Shown: positions 50,346 through 62,400 of the stretch, in pieces
Layout: each line of letters begins with the position of its first letter
How positions within the stretch are numbered: the stretch's first letter is position 1
Assembly: GCF_003704095.1 (NCBI RefSeq)
Contig: NW_020844463.1
Coordinates: 124,001-188,000, forward strand
Reading direction: 5' to 3'
DNA: 64,000 nucleotides
Source: Pocillopora damicornis
Lineage: Eukaryota
The notes under the pieces: model-generated
Database searches by the model: none
Seen by the model: only the letters and a program-made list of their open reading frames with translations
What the model was told of the DNA's origin: nothing
Translations under genes and position numbers: made by a program

Positions 50346-53068
50346 AAGACACCCACATTATATGCAGTTATGGTAGAGGTTACAGAATAAAATAACAGAA
50401 ATAATCTCAAAAATACGTCGTGTATTTCCAGCCAAAGGACAATTATGAAATTAGAATAGGGAAAAAGTTCAAAAAAATTACAGGTTCAAACACGAGTTGA
50501 GAGTTACTTTTCTTTTTAATTTTCTAGGCTAAACAGAGGAGGTTAAAACGTTAGGGAAAAACGGTGGGGAAAGCATTCATACCTGGCGACTTTAAGAGAT
50601 TATATAAGAGAAGCCCATGCGATTCTGGCGTATTGTTTTACTGACTGACTGTGCTCACGTATATACACTTCAATCGACCAGTGATGTCTTGACACAAAGT
50701 AGTTTACCGTTCTTTCTTTCAATTTTGGCTCATTTTCCCAAACCGAAATTGTAAGTCACGCGCAAATGAATATAATGTCAACTGATACTGACATCATACA
50801 CTTCATCTGAAGGAGGAAACATTCCCTATTCCCTATTTTCTCAAACCATTACGAACAACAACGAAGGTCCCAAGCTGTTTAAAGATACCGCTGACTAGCA
50901 TGCGTGTTGATTGCTTTGTATCCTTCTTAACTGAAGGCTACAAGGTCACTTTTCCGTAATATCGTCCAAATGCCTCAGGTAACGCATTGAAACAGATACA
51001 AGGAGCCTCGAATGCCTCTTTGTGCCTTTTTTCGCTGGAAAAACTGTCCTAAATGAAGCTTCGTGAGTCATCCGCCGTAAACGCTTCGATTTTGATCATG
51101 TGACCTTTACGTCACACGTGTGTACATGATGCAAAGTTTTTAATACAAGGTGTCAGTGTGAAAACTTCCAAACAATGTGGAGGGAGAAAGTAAACATCTT
51201 TTGCAGGGAAGTAGATGTGGTCAAAATAAAAATTTGGAGGATGTTACAGTGGAACAGTTGCGGGCAGAAGCCAGATGTATTGTTTAGCATCCAGGGTTTG
51301 AGGAAACTGGTGAAGGCTGACTCCTTCGCCATTTTTTTGTTTTTGGATGCAAAACATCTCTACACAGCGCTTCCCTGGTTTTCGTTTTCTTTGTTTTACA
51401 TCCTATTGTTTTCCGTCCATATCGACAATGCCAACGCGGCTAAGAGTGGTACAGTTTTGGTTAACTTGAGCGTGAACGTATATATAAATAACTATATATA
51501 TATATATGATCGCGTAAGCGTGAAATTCTGAGTCACAAAAGAGTTATGTCTTATTGATTTGTCCAACTTTTATGATATACCACGCATTATACCGCAAGGA
51601 TAGACTGTGATCAAGATTTATTTATTTATATACATACATATATATATATTTTCTTTTTTTAAGGGTCGTAATTTGAGAAACATTACGTGCTTGTTATTTC
51701 CATAGCACGAGTTTGTCGCTGACTTGGTTCCTTCTTTTTACCAAAGCACTGCGTTTTAAACGGTGGAAGCTAGGTAGTCCCATGACATTTGCTTTAATGG
51801 TTTCCTCTCTCAGGTTGTCGGTTTGTTTTATTTGCGATAAACGAGCGTGAGTAATTTATTGTTCACTCAGCTGACAGTGGTACATTTTTGAAACGAGTAA
51901 CCTTTCGTACAGGATTTATTTCATCATGTTTCCGGTCGCAAATGAGAAACAACTATATAGGTGGCCTATATCAGAATGGAACAAATCTTATTTTTTTTTC
52001 CGCTCGTAAATTTTGGCTGTGGCTGAACAGCGAGGGCGAAGTTGTTACTTTAAGGCCTTGATATGACGCTTTTTACTGCCTTACACACGTGTGACGTATC
52101 ATATCACGTTACCTGATCGGAACGTTTTCAAAATGGGCGTCGATTAAGCGTCAAGAAAAATTGTAGGAAATTTCGTTTTGCATAATATATCGTTTATTTG
52201 CTCAGTCAGGATTCTTCAACCGAAGAGAAATGTATTGGGACATAAAAAAGGGGAAAATTTGGCGTCAGTTACCCATTAAAACTAGTTTATCAGAGTAAGA
52301 ATATGTTACCAGGAACAAGTATGGCTTTTTCACGATGATAGTTTCCAGGTTTAAAAAAAGTCACTTCCTACTTACATACTCAGTTCCTTTGCCCTGACAG
52401 CTCAACCTCATCAAAACATTGGTAACAGGAGCAATTAGCAGATTAACGATACAGACAAGAGAGCCTATTCCCACATACACCCTCCTCAGTCCTGTTAGCT
52501 TATTCTGGACATGGCATTTCAAGAATGACTTATATGCCACAAATTTTCCATTTCCATGACTAATTATTTTGTAATGGTGTTTACAAGTTTGGAAAATGGT
52601 TAGATCGAAATATGATACAAAGACTTGCCAGTTGATGGTTAACTTTCAACATATCTATAAAATTTATCAATTGTTGTGTACCATCTAAAAATTTTCAACC
52701 TTTTTAATATAGCCAATAACGACATCAACTCAACTTTTAAAGTAAAGAGAAAACTTGATCGATATTGGGAATTGATTTCTGTGATGTAAAAATGAAATCC
52801 AGGTATTATCTTGAGCCTTCTACAAATGGTCGAATCCTAGGTCTCTCTTCGTGATAGAGTTTTAATTACGATATTCTAGTTCTAGCTTATCTTCCTTTAA
52901 AATAAAACTTTCGCAGTGTCAGACAAATTTCTTATTTCAGTAGCTAGAGTTGCAAAATCATGGACAGTTGACTTCCATAAGATATAGATTTTTCTAAAAA
53001 CAAAATAAGAGTTTGTGGGCAGCTAAGAGTGATCGACTAGCGATTTTTTTTTTAATTGGTTTCCAATT

Positions 53069-53092
53069 TTTATTCATTTCAAAGTGAACTGA
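53069..53092 (-). terminator. Candidate polyadenylation signal of paralog D
   Basis: TCAGTTCACTTTGAAA-TG-AATAAA, about 70 nt downstream of the extension stop codon. Confidence 0.55.
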
Positions 53093-53145
53093 ATCCCCAG
53101 AAACGTCACGAGTGGCACGTGTCAAGGCTCGTTTTGTTCTCGTTT

Positions 53146-53403
53146 TTAGCTATTATCCATATGCTGATTGCAAGCTTCCCACACAGTTGTGCTCTCATTA
53201 TCGAGGAGAGCTGCAGTGTTTTCAGTAATGTTTGTATTAACTATGAAATTCTTTCTACCCGAACGGAAACGACGAATCACATATAGTTTTACCACTACAG
53301 CTATTATAACTAATACTACTATTAGTCCGACCTGAATCACTATTACAGGTAAAAGGACATCCATGACCTCAGTGTTAGAAGGTGTCTTAATATCAGTTAA
53401 CGT
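53146..53403 (-). CDS. Paralog D in-frame post-stop extension (85 aa): linker, TM helix, cytoplasmic tail
   Basis: TGA then TLTDIKTPSNTEVMDVLLPVIVIQVGLIVVLVIIAVVVKLYVIRRFRSGRKNF...HMDNS then TAA. The ORF-track entry 53146..53364 is in the same frame as 53404..54042. Confidence 0.75.
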   Translation of the reverse strand, partial: TLTDIKTPSNTEVMDVLLPVIVIQVGLIVVLVIIAVVVKLYVIRRFRSGRKNFIVNTNITENTAALLDNESTTVWEACNQHMDNS

Positions 53404-56400
53404 TCAATTATGACAAACAACACTTGCATCTTCAGAGTGCCAGCAATGATGAGATGGACAGTGTGGGCAGTCCAGCAAAGATTCTTCGTTCCCCTCGCAA
53501 TAGACATGGCTTCTTTGGATGGGACCGGAGCCTTGTCCGTATGCTGCGCCTCGAGGTGCAGAGGTCGCACCTTTGAAACCGAGCTGACGGCAGACGACTT
53601 TTGCATCATTGATGTCCCAGGTGTGATCACAGATAGTGCCCCATTGGCCTCCAACTAAAACTTCAACGCGGCCATAATTGTGGGATCCACCCGCTAGCCG
53701 AATGATGGAAGAGCCATATGTACACTTCACGCTGGCGTCTCGTCCATGCGTGCAGTCATGCTTTCCCCATCCTCGATGCCTGCAGTCGTGGAGATTTTTC
53801 TCACTCCCTGAGCAAGCCAAATCGTCAAGCCAAATTGGTCCGCTTCCTTGGCCATGATAAGCGCTTCTGTAAGCTTGCAAGGCTTGTTTGAAGCCAAGCT
53901 GTCTGCATATCACGTGAGCATCGTTCAGGTCCCAAGCATCATCGCAGATGGTCCCCCATTTGCCATCATAGAAAACCTCTACTCTTCCAGTTGATGGGCT
54001 GGTGCTATTTATACGTACGCTGCCATCAGTAATTGCTGGCAAAAAAAATTAAATTTTTTTTTGAGGTGAATACAGACTAAATAAACTTAAAATATTAACT
54101 GTCTCCTTTTCTGGCTGTCTTTTTATTATCATTACAATTATTGTATTATTTAATTTTTTACACCTTTTCCCCAAGGGGACATCATTTGCAATAATGTGAG
54201 AACTTTCCCTATGGCCATTTTACGCGTAATTTATCTTTTTTTGACAAATTTAATGGCATTGCACCAGTCGATAAAGTCCGGGTATTAAATTTGGATGTAA
54301 AAGAGTATCATAGAATGGGGTGATAACGCTATCAGTTCGATTGCACAAAAAAAGAAGTTCCTGAGTACACAAAACTTTGATTCATTACCGAGATCCGAAA
54401 TGAAATTCCTCTAAATAGTATCCATAAATTTTTGCTATTATAACAATCTTGTCTTTCTGGCAACAAAATATTTCCTGATGAAGCTTGGTTTGTGAGTCAA
54501 AGAAAATTTGCGATTGACTTTCTGATTAAACAAGAAATTGTTGTGTGGAAATAACAACATAGTCTACATAATGAGGCGCTGAGGTCTTTCTGAAGGGTCT
54601 CCTTCTAAGTCAATCCCATGAAATTACTTAGTTACTGCGAAGGAAATAGTATAATTGAGAGTAAAAAAAGAGTAAAAGAAATCATAACTTTTGCTTACCT
54701 CGATAACGAGCCCGAAATCCTGCAAATTCTTTCGAGATATCTGACGTAAACCTCACATAAAGGTTGTTGGACGTGCTTGTCAAAGATTGCTTGGGCAAAG
54801 TGTTTCCAAATAAAGTACCAATCAAAGGAGAAGAACGTGATACACCATCGTACACAGTGACGATATCGACCTTATCCTCAGTTTTTAAGCGAATAAAAAC
54901 AAGTTCAATATGTCCATTTGAGGTTATATTCCATGTACAGTCCATGTCACTTTTGTAGGTTTCCACATGACCAGGCACAGGGGCATCATTGGACTCGATA
55001 TAGCCAGTTGAATCTGACTGCCATACAGTTAAATTGGTACAAGAAGATATTACGGTGGCGTTCGGTGCTGTGGAGTTAATAAATGAAAACAAGTTTAGGA
55101 TATAAGGCTTCGCCGCTTACATTTCAATATATTCAATACAAAAATTAAGTTTATCAGTGTGAGAATAGTTCAATCTTTCTATCAGTAAAGAGTAACTGTA
55201 AAAGTTTTACTGTTTATGCCGATGACACGCAACTAATCTGCTGAGAAACAGAGACCAAACTCGTCGATAACAAAAGTGTGAAAGTTAAGTTTGAAAAAAA
55301 CAACAACAACAGCAAACAAAAAAAAAACAAAAGGTAGTAGAGGCGTTTAATTACTTTGCAGAAACTTACCACCACAGGTTTTACCGGTTCCTGCTAAGCC
55401 TGGAGCACATCGACATCTATAGGTACCAGGAATATTCTCGCAGCGAGCTTTGACATGACATGTGTAGGTTCCCAAGCGGCATTCATCCATATCTGTTTCG
55501 TATTAAAAGAATAAGAAAACGGCCTTTCACTGAGATATACAGACATAGACATGAGTTTTCTGATTTATTCCAAAGATCAGTCACTTCGATTCTATCGCTA
55601 TATGTCAAACACTGAAGTTAACTTTCGAGGGGGTAAGAAAGGTTAATGAAATGAACGTACTCTTTTAAAAATTTGAAATTCTAAGACAGCATATTTTATA
55701 ATTTATTATCAGCTAATGTATCTATTTATTGTTAAAATTAACAAACCTTCGCACTCCTTGTTACATCCAAACGGTATGAAAGGTGAATGAAACAAACGTA
55801 CTCTCTTTTTAAATATGAAATTCTAAGACAGCATATTTTATGAGTACTTATTAATTATTATATCTGTTTATTGTTAAAATTAACAAACCTTGACAGTCCT
55901 TGTTGGCATCCAAACGGAAACCCTTATTACACTTGCAGGTGTATGAGCCATCATTGTTAATGCAATGAGAATCTGCTGGACAGTGATAATTATAGTCGAT
56001 ACATTCATCATAATCTGAAAAAAAGATTTTTAAAAAGATTGTTAAAAAGCATATAGGTGGTTATTTGGTAGGTTATTTTGCTGATCACATCTGGTGAAAT
56101 TTTATGTACTCGAAATTGTTTTTATAGCTATTCAAAACGAAACAAAGCATCTAGCCTAACTGTCTCCCCGCTCTTTTGTTAACTACTACGATACACCATA
56201 CCATCCAATCTTCATTTGAACGTTCATATAAAACCGCCAGATCTGCCACATGCACACTCATTTTACTAACCTTTCTTGCAGGTAAATCTGTGACAATCAG
56301 TGCAGTTCACGTCATTCCACTCGTAGTGATGGTTTTTAAGGAAGCCAAGAGTATGAACACAGTCTTCATTGCCATAGTTGTTTGGTTGGTCCTTCGCCCA

Positions 56401-59400
56401 GTCCTTAAATTTAAATGTGCTCCCATCGCTCCACACGAACTTCCCTTCTGAGTTGATATCGGTGAGCCCTAGCCAAGAGTGCTCTCCGCCATGCAGACTC
56501 TGGACATAAACGTTTTCTTCCTGGCTGTGTATGCTTGGAAGGTTAGCTCCCTGCGTGGCGCATTTTCCTTGGCTGCTGCCCCACGAATCACATGCAGCCA
56601 CTTGTCTATAGCAATACCCTCTGAAATAATTCCAGTCGTCGTCACAAATGCTGTCTGTGAAATAAACACAATGGGCTAGTTTTTTCGTTTATTCATTTAC
56701 TTTTTTAACTTTGTAAAGTTTTATTGCTCGGAACACCCGAAACTTCAATCAGCACGGGGGGAGCAACTCACGAGAAGTTCAAAGCAGGTAAGAAATCTCA
56801 CCTCCCATCACAGCATATGAGACGTTCAAAGGGTCAAACCGTTGCACGTAGAGCTCTTTGACACAAATTCGAAATCCAGACGTTGTGATAGACTTGGAAG
56901 CAAAAAGGAAACAAACTGTCTGGTTAGCGAATTTATGTAATTACTCTAAAGATTCGTGACCCTAATCAAGATTAAGAATTATAAATAAAAAATGTTCCTA
57001 GTAAATGCAAGATTAACGCTACAAAACCTTCGCAAACGTTTAGACAAAGCATCATCTGGTTTTCTAAAAGAATATCAGATTATATCGGGACTAGGAAAGT
57101 AAACCATGCCGACGCGTTAATATCTGCTTTCCTATTGTGGAAGATAATGATGATGGAAAAAGCCGCGGCTTAACGAGGTAGTTCAGAAGCAACTTACTAC
57201 ACAAACCGTTTTCCAAGAAATGTTGTTACCTCAATCCAGCTTACGATTCCATTGCATTCCGCAGCAGCATTTCCTCCACCAGTAGAATGCTTGGGAGTGA
57301 CCAGCACCGTTGGTGGGTAGGTATAAGCCGATCGAGAGTAGGTCACATCCTTTATATGGATCAGTGTAAGTAAATATGATCAGTCAATAAGTTAATCAAG
57401 AGATTAACCAACCATTCACCAATGGAATATTTTAATTACCAAGGTAATCACTGACATAGCTTTAACTGATGTAAATTTAATGAAATCAAAACAATTAGTC
57501 AAAGGCGAATTTGTGTGTCTTGTCTAGTCAAGAAAATCGCGGCTCTTTTCATATATCATGGCCCTCATGTGGATCATGTCTATACATCACAGGTGCATAT
57601 CATAAAAGTGCTTCGTTGAATGTCGCAAAAACTGAACAGCTCCTAGTCTGGTAAAAAACCCTGAGGAGCTTATAAAATGTCCAAACAACATCCTGCGAAA
57701 AGTCAAGAGTACTGGATAACTCATTAGCTCATCAGAAAGGGGTAAATTTGTTAATAAATTACTTGTAAAAAAAGAAAAAGAAAAGTGAGAAGAAGAAGAA
57801 CAAAAACTGCAACTGGGGATTACTATAGTTGAAACTTGATACAATTTTTTTCTATCAGTGCTACACTCATCCAAAAACAAACTACATTGTTCCTCTTTTG
57901 AAGAGACGCAACACCTACCTTACAGAAAGCGTAGTTGTATTTTATTGATGGCAAGCCAGAGTTGGGAAAGCTGACAACGCTGCTCTCTTTGAACACTGGC
58001 CTTGGTGTTTTGCCAAATGCCAACCAATTCTAAGACAAATATATAATTAATAAGTTGCGAGAAAAGAGAATGGTGTTCAGCAGCTAAATCATGTCAAACT
58101 AAATTTTTTAAATAGGCTGGTCTTAAACTGGTGTCGGACTTGCAGGGGAATGGCAGGTTGCGTTATTTCATAAATTGTTCTCTCTAAGTTTTGCATTGCC
58201 AAGTATGAACAAGAAATTCAAAATTCAAATTCATTCACCGATAAAAAATTTTTTTAGTCTAAATTTTTTTTACTTCCCATTGCAAAGTGCCATGATTGCA
58301 TGGAAATGATATCCTTTCGTTATTATTATCTCTCCTTGTCATTACGTGTGATGTTAGTAAGAGTCATACTTATGGGCGGTAGGTGGATGAGGGTTTCAAT
58401 TTCCGTAAATTTTGCAAAATTCACGGGAACTTGACAAAACCTACCACTGAAATATCATCATGAACTCCTGCAAAGTTTTGAAGCTCCCTGAGGCAGATCT
58501 TAAAAGAATTTGTAGAAACATCCTCAAGCCACACAGAGGTAGCATCGTGCATGAGACTTGATCTGTAATGGACAGCTGTTGCAAAGATCGACGGTGGCTC
58601 AGAATACTTCCCCTAAATTTATAGAAAAGAATACGTTTTTGAATTAGAGGGAAAACCAATAATGTACAATATAAACTCGTTCACTCGACCTCCTTGAGGC
58701 CAATTTCTGTCATCGTAATATATGGTTTCTTGGATTAACGAAGTGAATGGAGACTATGAAAAGCTTATTCTTTAGGAAGTGCAGTAAACTAGTCGACATC
58801 ACGCGCTTGAAATCTATAAAAATGTGTCCTCCACTTGTTTTTATTGAAAATATTGCTTCCAAGATGTGCTGAGTGCCTATCAGATAATCCAATAGCTTGA
58901 GGTAGAATTCTTTTTTTTTTTTGTCAATATTGAACTGAAAAAAAAAATGAGATAGTGAATCATCACAAGGAAAGACTGTTTGAAACCGGACATTTTTGTC
59001 CATCAGTAAGACATAAGGAGAGTCTTATGCGACTCCATATAATCTCATACAAAAATTACAGAGTAGCGCATACATTTGGAAAAGTGACTGTTCTGCAGCT
59101 AGTTCCAGTCCACCAAGTTAAGAACATCTCCTCTCCTGCTATTCCTCCAGGTGGCGCTCCCTGATAGGCCACCCAGTCTATTAAAGCGAAGCTGTCTGCG
59201 GGGTAGTCATTCCTTCCAGCTCGCGTAACGCAGGCTGTGAACTGAGTGGTGTTAATGCTCTCGACCCAAGGCGTGGTAGCTTCGTGTACCAACGTGTCAT
59301 CAGAATAGTTGAAGTGGTTAACAGTGAGTTGTACGTATATTTTCATATGAGGATAGAATATGAACGGTTTAAACTTGATTACATCACACTGATCTTCGGC

Positions 59401-62400
59401 CCACGAAGGTGTATTTTGGAATTCGTGTCTTCCTTTCTGCATTGGGAAACCTAAAATGGAATTTTGATGGATCTGCTAAGTTTAAGAAGTGAAGCATGTC
59501 ACAGCAGCATGTTTGTTTGCAGTTCTAAGTAACGGACTTTTTTGTTTGTTCATCATGATAGAAAAATTAGGTCATCAAACAAACAAAATGTACAACAAAA
59601 GTACAAAACAAAACAACAACAGACTCGAAAACAACAACGGGGCAACCTTGCAAACGGAGATGGAATTTACTCTCTACGAATGGGGTAAATTTAAACTGTG
59701 ATAACAAAAAATTAACCCTATGACGTTCTTATAGTCTTGCCCTTAGTGCCATTTTAGCACAAAATTGCATTACACACAGCAAATTCTGTTTGGTTTTTAG
59801 GTCGTTATGAAAGAAACTTCCAATTCAAACAGAAATTAGTTGTTTAGTGTGAAGTGGTGGAAATTTCACATGGGAAGAAAACTGATATTTACACAAAAAG
59901 CATGTAAAGAAATATGTCGGGAAGAACATGGTATATTTCGGATGACTTCAACTAACAGACGAACAGGTAACCTTAGTAATGCTCATTACCTCTGCAGCTC
60001 CCAGGATGATAGTTCGTGTAATTTCCACGTGTTTCACAAATTTTTTTCTTGAGGAAACACATGTTCTTGAAAGTTCGACCATTTGAAGCACAGACCTGTT
60101 CCTCGTATGATGGGCAATCATCTTTGCAGATGCAAGCATACTTCCAGGGAGTATAAGCGTAACAAAAGCTTTCGTATGTGCAGTTAATATCTCTACATGG
60201 ATCAAGATCTGAAAATAGAGAATAATGAAAAATTAACTCATATATTTTCAAGCATAAAGGGATATAAATAGAAAACAAGAAAAATTACAGGGTAACAATA
60301 TGAGGCAGTCAAGAATTGTGGATAAAAGGGTGTGTGGAATGCAGAGTTTGACTACACGATCGAAAAAAGGGAAGAACAATTGCAAGAGCAGATAAATAGA
60401 AAGAAATTTTAAAGGTAAAACAAAACTAACAATACTTATGATTGACAAAATAATTTCAGGTACAAAAAAATTGAAAATAATATAAAATCAATGGTATTTC
60501 ATGCAACAGAAATGCTTGTCCTCTCCGATAACGAGGCACATGATAATACTAAGATCCTGCATTCAGATGAATTTTTTGTTAGACATAAACTGACAACTGA
60601 GAACTACAGAGTAGGCCCTTGCATCTCACTATTTGCACCTTAAAAAAAATGAATAAATGAATATCGTTCGGAAAATAATTGGTTGCTCATCAAGAAACCG
60701 TTTTTCTTTATTACCTCCAATAACGAAGTAGTCTATTTCCACATCGCTTCTTTGGCGACCATATGCTGTGTGGTCTTTCATACAAATTCGGAAGTGAGTC
60801 TTAGTCACCTCCTAAGACAGAGGAAAATAAAATGAACGCAAATGATGAAGCACATTCGTTGAAAACTACAGAAGAGTTTTAAAATGTCAACAATTATTAG
60901 TTACAGTCGAAAGTTCGAGAGAGAGGAAAATAATTTTGACAACTGAAAAAAAAAGAAACAAAAGGAAGTTTGATGAAAGGAAAGAGGGGGAAGGAAAAGA
61001 AAGCAAAAAACGATGGAAACAACCAAACGAACAGACCAAACAATTAAAAATGCAACCAAACGAACAGACCAAACAATTAAAAATGAAACAAAAAAGGCAA
61101 GTGCACCATTATGAGGAAGCAAATTCCTCGTTAACATCAATTCGGTGTAGCTAACCATATATTAACAAGCTGTATTGTAGAAATTGTTAACCATAACTCT
61201 TGCATTCTGTCGGAATTTCATTTACATCTGTGATAATCAGTAGATAAATAAGTGATTCAAACCCTACCTCCATCCAGGTAAGTAGAGGTTCTTTGTCACA
61301 TCCGTCATTCGACTTGTTACCTTTGGCAGCATTGTAGACAGTTGCAAGCACAACAGGTGGTTTAAAGAATGGCTCGTCATATTTGATCGTCTGTTGAATT
61401 TAGATCAAAGAATGAAATAATTATAACCTATCAAATGAGATTCTCGCAAGCGTTATAAAACTTGTAGATGTGACATTTTGCTGTAGAGTCAATTGAAACA
61501 AAGCTGGTTTTATTTCAGTTGGAGTTTCAGGCCCGATAGTAAAAAACTAATAACCTCGGCTTTGTTTAATTGTCATTCAAAACAATATTTCGAGAAAAAA
61601 AAAACAAAACTTGGAACCGGTTCAGTTTAAATCCTCACGAATGACACTGACTTTTTTCTTCTTTACGCTGACATACATGTAGAACCTTTATCTGAACCTG
61701 ATCTCCGCGAAGAACCTTCTCTTTACTTGTTATCATATTTTTAAATATGAATAAACCCAGCCGTAAGCTCACAATAAATCATAAACATAATAAATACAAA
61801 CCTTGCATAGGGCATATTTGTTTTGGGCTGAGGGCAACTCCTTTGCGGAAAATAGGATGCTCTTTGATTCTTTACCTTTCCAAGTTGAAGGATATTTCTC
61901 GTATGCCATCCAGTTCTTAACATGACAAAAATGAAATGAGTAAAAAAAAAAGTAAGGTGAGAGTCTGAACCTTTTAACATTTACACTAATTTGTCAAGAT
62001 GAAATAATATTTCCAAACTTTGTAGGTGACTACACAAGAGAATACAAAGGATGGAGGACGTACTTTGAACTGAGCATTTTTTATTTGAGGACGAGACGGT
62101 TTAAGTCGGCAAACGGAAAAAAAAAAAAAGGAAAAGCATAACAAGCCAAAACAAATCTGTTCAAAGGAGGGAAAAACCTGACGCTTCATAGATAAGAATT
62201 ATAAACACATCGTCACTTAAGTGCCGCTCTCGCTAAGAGCGGTCCTCTCGACTTCCCTTCGGAGAAAGCTTTTCTTTTATTTTTAATAACTGTTTTATTT
62301 TTTCCAAATTAGGGCTGAAAAACCCAAAGCCACTCCAATATTTGCTTACCATGAATTAAGTAAACATTTTAAAAGCTAGAATTCTCGTTAAAATGAAAAA

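Noticed and set aside
51150-51335. Minus-strand AAAATGGCG start with a ~59-codon ORF, and the 118-aa plus-strand ORF at 51175-51531
   Set aside because: No recognisable domain, splice structure or paralog support.
53146-53364. The 72-aa TM ORF as an independent small gene
   Set aside because: Its Met is not conserved (Phe in B, Ser in C) and it is in frame with the upstream SRCR exon.
53404-53406. Selenocysteine at the conserved TGA
   Set aside because: The position aligns with Arg in C rather than Cys, lies in a linker, and I could not identify a SECIS by eye.
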